This document shows, piece by piece, positions 35,544-38,400 of a DNA stretch of 38,400 nt (position 1 is the stretch's first letter; each line of letters starts with the position of its first letter). The position numbers and the translations under genes were made by a program. The notes beneath the pieces were generated by a model. It was not told where the DNA came from and did no database searches. It worked only from the letters and a program-made list of their open reading frames with translations. The stretch covers positions 1-38,400 of the forward strand of contig CBDCTJ010000002.1 in assembly GCA_965222115.1 (NCBI GenBank), given 5' to 3'. This stretch comes from Planctomycetota bacterium. GTDB lineage: Bacteria > Planctomycetota > PLA2 > JAEUHO01.

Positions 35544-36804
35544 CTAGCTCTTGTTGAGTATTAGTGATTCGTCAAACCCGCAAAGCGTGCGGTGTGCCTG
35601 TTCGCACGTCGTCACCTCTGCGGGGACTTCCATGTAATAGACGCGGCCTGTCGATCCATCTGTACCGACCAAGAACACGCGCCCTTCGTCGTCACGCATC
35701 AAGCATCTGTGCGCCGCACCCTTTCGCGCGCCTTCGTAGTCAGCGTGTAACACTTTCGCGCCCGTGTCGGTTAAGTATCTGCCCTCGCCGTAGCGCTCAC
35801 GCATAACGCGGCGGATCTCCGCATTTGTTTCGCCCTTGATTGAATTGACGGTGATTGCATCGGGCTTAGTGATTACACTTTCGGGAACGCGCACGCCATG
35901 CCAACCATACACACTCAAAAGGCCATCTGGATATGCGATGGCGGGACCATCTTCGCAGTGGATACGCCCACGATCGTCAAGCTCAAGAACATTGTGACGA
36001 TGCTGCAAGATGGCGATGTTTTTGTACGGCGCCCACCACCCAGTGGTTCGCGCTATACCCATCAACCCGCCTAGCTTTTCGCAGCACTTAAGCCCAAGCG
36101 CATAACGCATGTACGCATAGAACGAAATCCATCCAGCGTCGTGCGAGCCCCCGACTTGGCCCCCGACTTGGTCCCAGACTTGGCCCCAGACTTGGCCCCT
36201 GACTTGGTCCCAGACTTGGTCCCTGACTTGGCCCCCAGACTTGGTCCCTGACTTGGCCCCCGACTTGGTCCCAGACTTGGCCCCAGACTCTGGCCCCTGA
36301 CTTGGTCCCAGACTTGGTCCCCGACTTGGTCCCAGACTTGGCCCCAGACTTGGCCCCTGACTTGGTCCCAGACTTGGTCCCTGACTTGGCCCCAGACTTG
36401 GTCCCTGACTTGGCCCCCGACTTGGTCCCAGACTTGGGCCCCAGACTTGGCCCCTGACTTGGTCCCAGACTTGGTCCCCGACTTGGTCCCAGACTTGGCC
36501 CCAGACTTGGCCCCTGACTTGGTCCCAGACTTGGTCCCTGACTTGGTCCCAGACTTGGTCCACCCTGCTCGCGTCTCGAAGCATCACTGCCGCCAACGCC
36601 CCGCCAATCGGACTCCCCATCATTAAGTACATTTTAGGCGGCTCAAGCCCCGCCGCTCGGTACGCGTTAGCGACATGCACCTTGGCTTGCTCGACATCAC
36701 AAGGTGTCTGTTGACAGGCCGATCTTGATCCACTCGTCTCTGTACTCGGCGAGCTGCTCGACTTGCTTATCGGTCAGGCGCTCGACTTTCTTTTGCTTAC
36801 GCAT
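35544..36804 (-). CDS. DUF6745-like protein with internal [W/R/G][D/G]QV tetrapeptide repeat
   Basis: N-terminus [32 protein letters not shown] joins the listed ORF across a +1 indel near 36705; C-terminal GWWAPY...[20 protein letters not shown]...WHGVRVP...NAEIRRVM...DGSTGRVY. Confidence 0.8.
36153..36563. repeat. Coding tandem repeat, 34 x 12 bp (GACTTGGYCCCH), with a 156-bp higher-order period
   Basis: Counted unit by unit; three units are 13 bp (starting 36225, 36286, 36431); units 2-14 repeat as units 15-27. Confidence 0.97.
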
Positions 36805-37114
36805 CCCGCACCCCGCTCTCCTTTACGAGCGCGTTCAGCTCCGTCACCTTGCGTAGAAGCTCTGTGTCATCACATAAGTCCGCTCGCCACCTCTGCGCCG
36901 TTTCAACCACCGCATCCTTCGCAGCCTGCAACCGCGCTTGTGCACGCTTGCGCTCGGCTTTGACACGGGCGTCATGGGCATCACACCACGCCTCCCAAGA
37001 ATTGGCGTCAATAAGGACGTGGGCACGAACACTGCTTAGGCGCTCGCAACAATCTCGGAGGAGGTCATTCGCATCCCGCTCACGCTGCCGGGCTTGTTCG
37101 AGGTCGTTGTTCAT
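36797..37114 (-). CDS. Coiled-coil hypothetical protein
   Basis: 105 aa, ATGA-coupled, GGAGG SD. Confidence 0.6.
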   Translation of the reverse strand: MNNDLEQARQRERDANDLLRDCCERLSSVRAHVLIDANSWEAWCDAHDARVKAERKRAQARLQAAKDAVVETAQRWRADLCDDTELLRKVTELNALVKESGVRDA

Positions 37115-37521
37115 TTTCCTCCCCTCATAGCCTCAAGGATTGGAAGGTTCGCCTCGGTAGGCACGTAGATCACTTCGCCGGTGCCGTCGTTTAGACCCTG
37201 AACCCATAGGTATCGAAGGTACGCGTCGTTACCCTGCAAGCTATCGCCGATGATCTTATTGGCCTCCGCAACACCCTTTGCGCGCTCGACTTCTGCTTGA
37301 GCCTCTAGCTTTGCGGATTCCATCTTTGCTTCGGCCTCTTCAATGCGAATCTTGCGATTCTGCTCCGCGCGTTTGAACTCAGCCTCGCCCTCTTTGCCTT
37401 GCTGCCAAACTCTGTACATCGGTCGCCCGATCATCGTACCTAAAACGAGCGCAAACACGGCGACGGCGACAACCGCCCATCCACCAGCTCCGATGAGGGG
37501 CCTATTATTTGAATGACTCAT
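37111..37521 (-). CDS. Membrane-anchored SPFH/Band-7-like coiled-coil protein
   Basis: TM helix then GEAEFKRAEQNRKI...AEVERAKGVAEANKIIGDSL...YLRYLW...IYVPTEANLPILEA; AAGGAG SD before MSHSNN. Confidence 0.75.
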   Translation of the reverse strand: MSHSNNRPLIGAGGWAVVAVAVFALVLGTMIGRPMYRVWQQGKEGEAEFKRAEQNRKIRIEEAEAKMESAKLEAQAEVERAKGVAEANKIIGDSLQGNDAYLRYLWVQGLNDGTGEVIYVPTEANLPILEAMRGGK

Positions 37522-37775
37522 GCGTTCTCCTTTGCGTACTTCCTTGACCATCGACGAGCCTGCGACTCAGAACAGCACAGGACCGTAGCCGCATCGTCAT
37601 ACGTCATACCCTCTCGTTGCATAGTGTGGGCAACCATGCCCTTTGCGAAACGTGCAGCGCGGTACTTCTTTCCCGTCTCGGGAACTTTGCGAGTGATCGA
37701 GTAGACAGAAACCTCAAACTCGTCAGCCGCGTCTTCGATGATCTCTCGAACCACTTCCTCACACACAGAATTCAT
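37518..37775 (-). CDS. DnaA domain IV-like HTH protein (copy 2)
   Basis: IIEDAADEFEVSV...ARFAKGMVAH...GMTYDDAATVL; ATGA-coupled to copy 1. Confidence 0.65.
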   Translation of the reverse strand: MNSVCEEVVREIIEDAADEFEVSVYSITRKVPETGKKYRAARFAKGMVAHTMQREGMTYDDAATVLCCSESQARRWSRKYAKENA

Positions 37776-38035
37776 TCGCCGAACTCCTCTAGCCACCGCG
37801 TTTCCCAATAGATCGCCCAAATGTGGTCTCGGCCTTTCAGTCGCGTGGCTATGTCTACGTACGACAGACCGGCTTCGTGCAGGTAGTGAATCGCCATGCC
37901 TTTGGCGAGCCGCACCGGACGGTACCTGCTCAGTGGACGCAAGTTCTTTTTGGTCATCATCGCCAACGGCACACCAAACTCGTCAGCGCACTCTCGGATG
38001 ATCTCGTCGATGTCTTCGTCGGTAAGAAACTTCAT
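37772..38035 (-). CDS. DnaA domain IV-like HTH protein (copy 1)
   Basis: IIRECADEFGVP...VRLAKGMAIHY...GLSYVDIATRLKGRDH mirrors the DnaA C-terminal SLxxIGxxFGGRDH helix-turn-helix. Confidence 0.75.
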   Translation of the reverse strand: MKFLTDEDIDEIIRECADEFGVPLAMMTKKNLRPLSRYRPVRLAKGMAIHYLHEAGLSYVDIATRLKGRDHIWAIYWETRWLEEFGE

Positions 38036-38053
38036 GCGGTCTCCGGTTTCGCG

Positions 38054-38087
38054 GTTGCACTATACACGGGATGTACACCACTGCAAC
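38054..38087 (-). promoter_or_regulatory. Leftward sigma70-like promoter inside an imperfect inverted repeat
   Basis: Minus TTGCAG-N16-TATAGT; arms GTTGCA (38054-38059) and TGCAAC (38082-38087). Confidence 0.6.
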
Positions 38088-38093
38088 ATATTT

Positions 38094-38400
38094 CTATGAC
38101 CCGTCGCCAAGTAATCCTGCGGGGCCGCCGCCCAACAGGTCGCCGAGTTTCACGGAACCGCTGCGTAGATACGCTTTGGCGCCGCGCCGCGCCGTCTTGT
38201 CACGTTCAGCCGCGAGCGCTTCGTACACCCTGCAAAAGTCGCGCTATTCGGAAGTCTGTCCAGCCCGTTCTCCATGCGGTGTTCCCCGATGGCCTCGTAT
38301 GCCTGGCTTGCAATGTCGCACCTAATCCGAGGTGGTCGGTTCCACTCACGGTTACGCATCGCTTCCATGACCATCTCGTAAGCGGCCTCGGCGGGTGGGA
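38094..38400 (-). CDS. Partial replication-region protein (helicase-loader/G39P-like C-terminus possible), frameshifted
   Basis: ...PPAEAAYEMVMEAMR...YEAIG... then RDFCRVYEALAAER...GLLGDGS* in a second frame; 5' end outside the window. Confidence 0.4.

Larger units (their letters stand above)
1..38400 (-). mobile_element. Tailed phage/prophage genome segment (Mu-like head module, RecET-like recombination; no integrase or transposase in window)
   Basis: Terminase, portal, gpF, protease, capsid, neck, tail, lysis-like, recombination and nin-like modules in canonical order, tightly packed with ATGA/TAATG/TAGTG overlaps; no host housekeeping gene recognised. Confidence 0.96.

Noticed and set aside
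36153-36563. CRISPR array or DGR template/variable repeat
   Set aside because: No unique spacers and no cas or reverse transcriptase gene; the adenines of CAA are invariant, unlike DGR mutagenesis; it is a coding minisatellite.
5448-38325. Numerous plus-strand ORFs of 60-230 aa in the ORF track
   Set aside because: They are antisense shadows of well-supported minus-strand genes in GC-rich DNA, without SD sites or recognisable motifs.

Overview
The window is almost entirely a tailed dsDNA phage or prophage (GC-rich, host not determinable), with nearly all genes on the minus strand. Read in transcription direction from the right: a partial replication-type gene, two tandem DnaA-domain-IV-like HTH genes, a nin-like run of small accessory genes (DUF6745-like protein with a 34x12-bp coding repeat, HNH nuclease, DUF3310), then terminase, a Mu-like head module (gp29-like portal, gpF, protease/scaffold, gpT-like capsid, gp36, gpG), an atypical tail region with no obvious long tape-measure or sheath gene, a putative lysis cassette built around a papain-like C1 peptidase, and SGNH-esterase and lectin-like virion accessory genes. 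At the left a divergent control region (paired operators over a sigma70-like promoter) drives an early operon of small genes, a Cro-like HTH and a RecE/RecT-like pair. The strongest hidden signal is a complete type II hammerhead ribozyme (minus strand, 3953-4014) between two small early genes. It is bracketed by a 9-bp direct repeat and sits among homologous intergenic spacers carrying boxB-like hairpins. The divergent plus-strand gene looks like a 2OG-Fe(II) oxygenase lacking its iron ligands. Many frameshifts at 16.5-22.7 kb and 36.2-38.3 kb are most simply read as sequencing indels. All protein calls come from motif recognition and synteny by eye, not from database searches.
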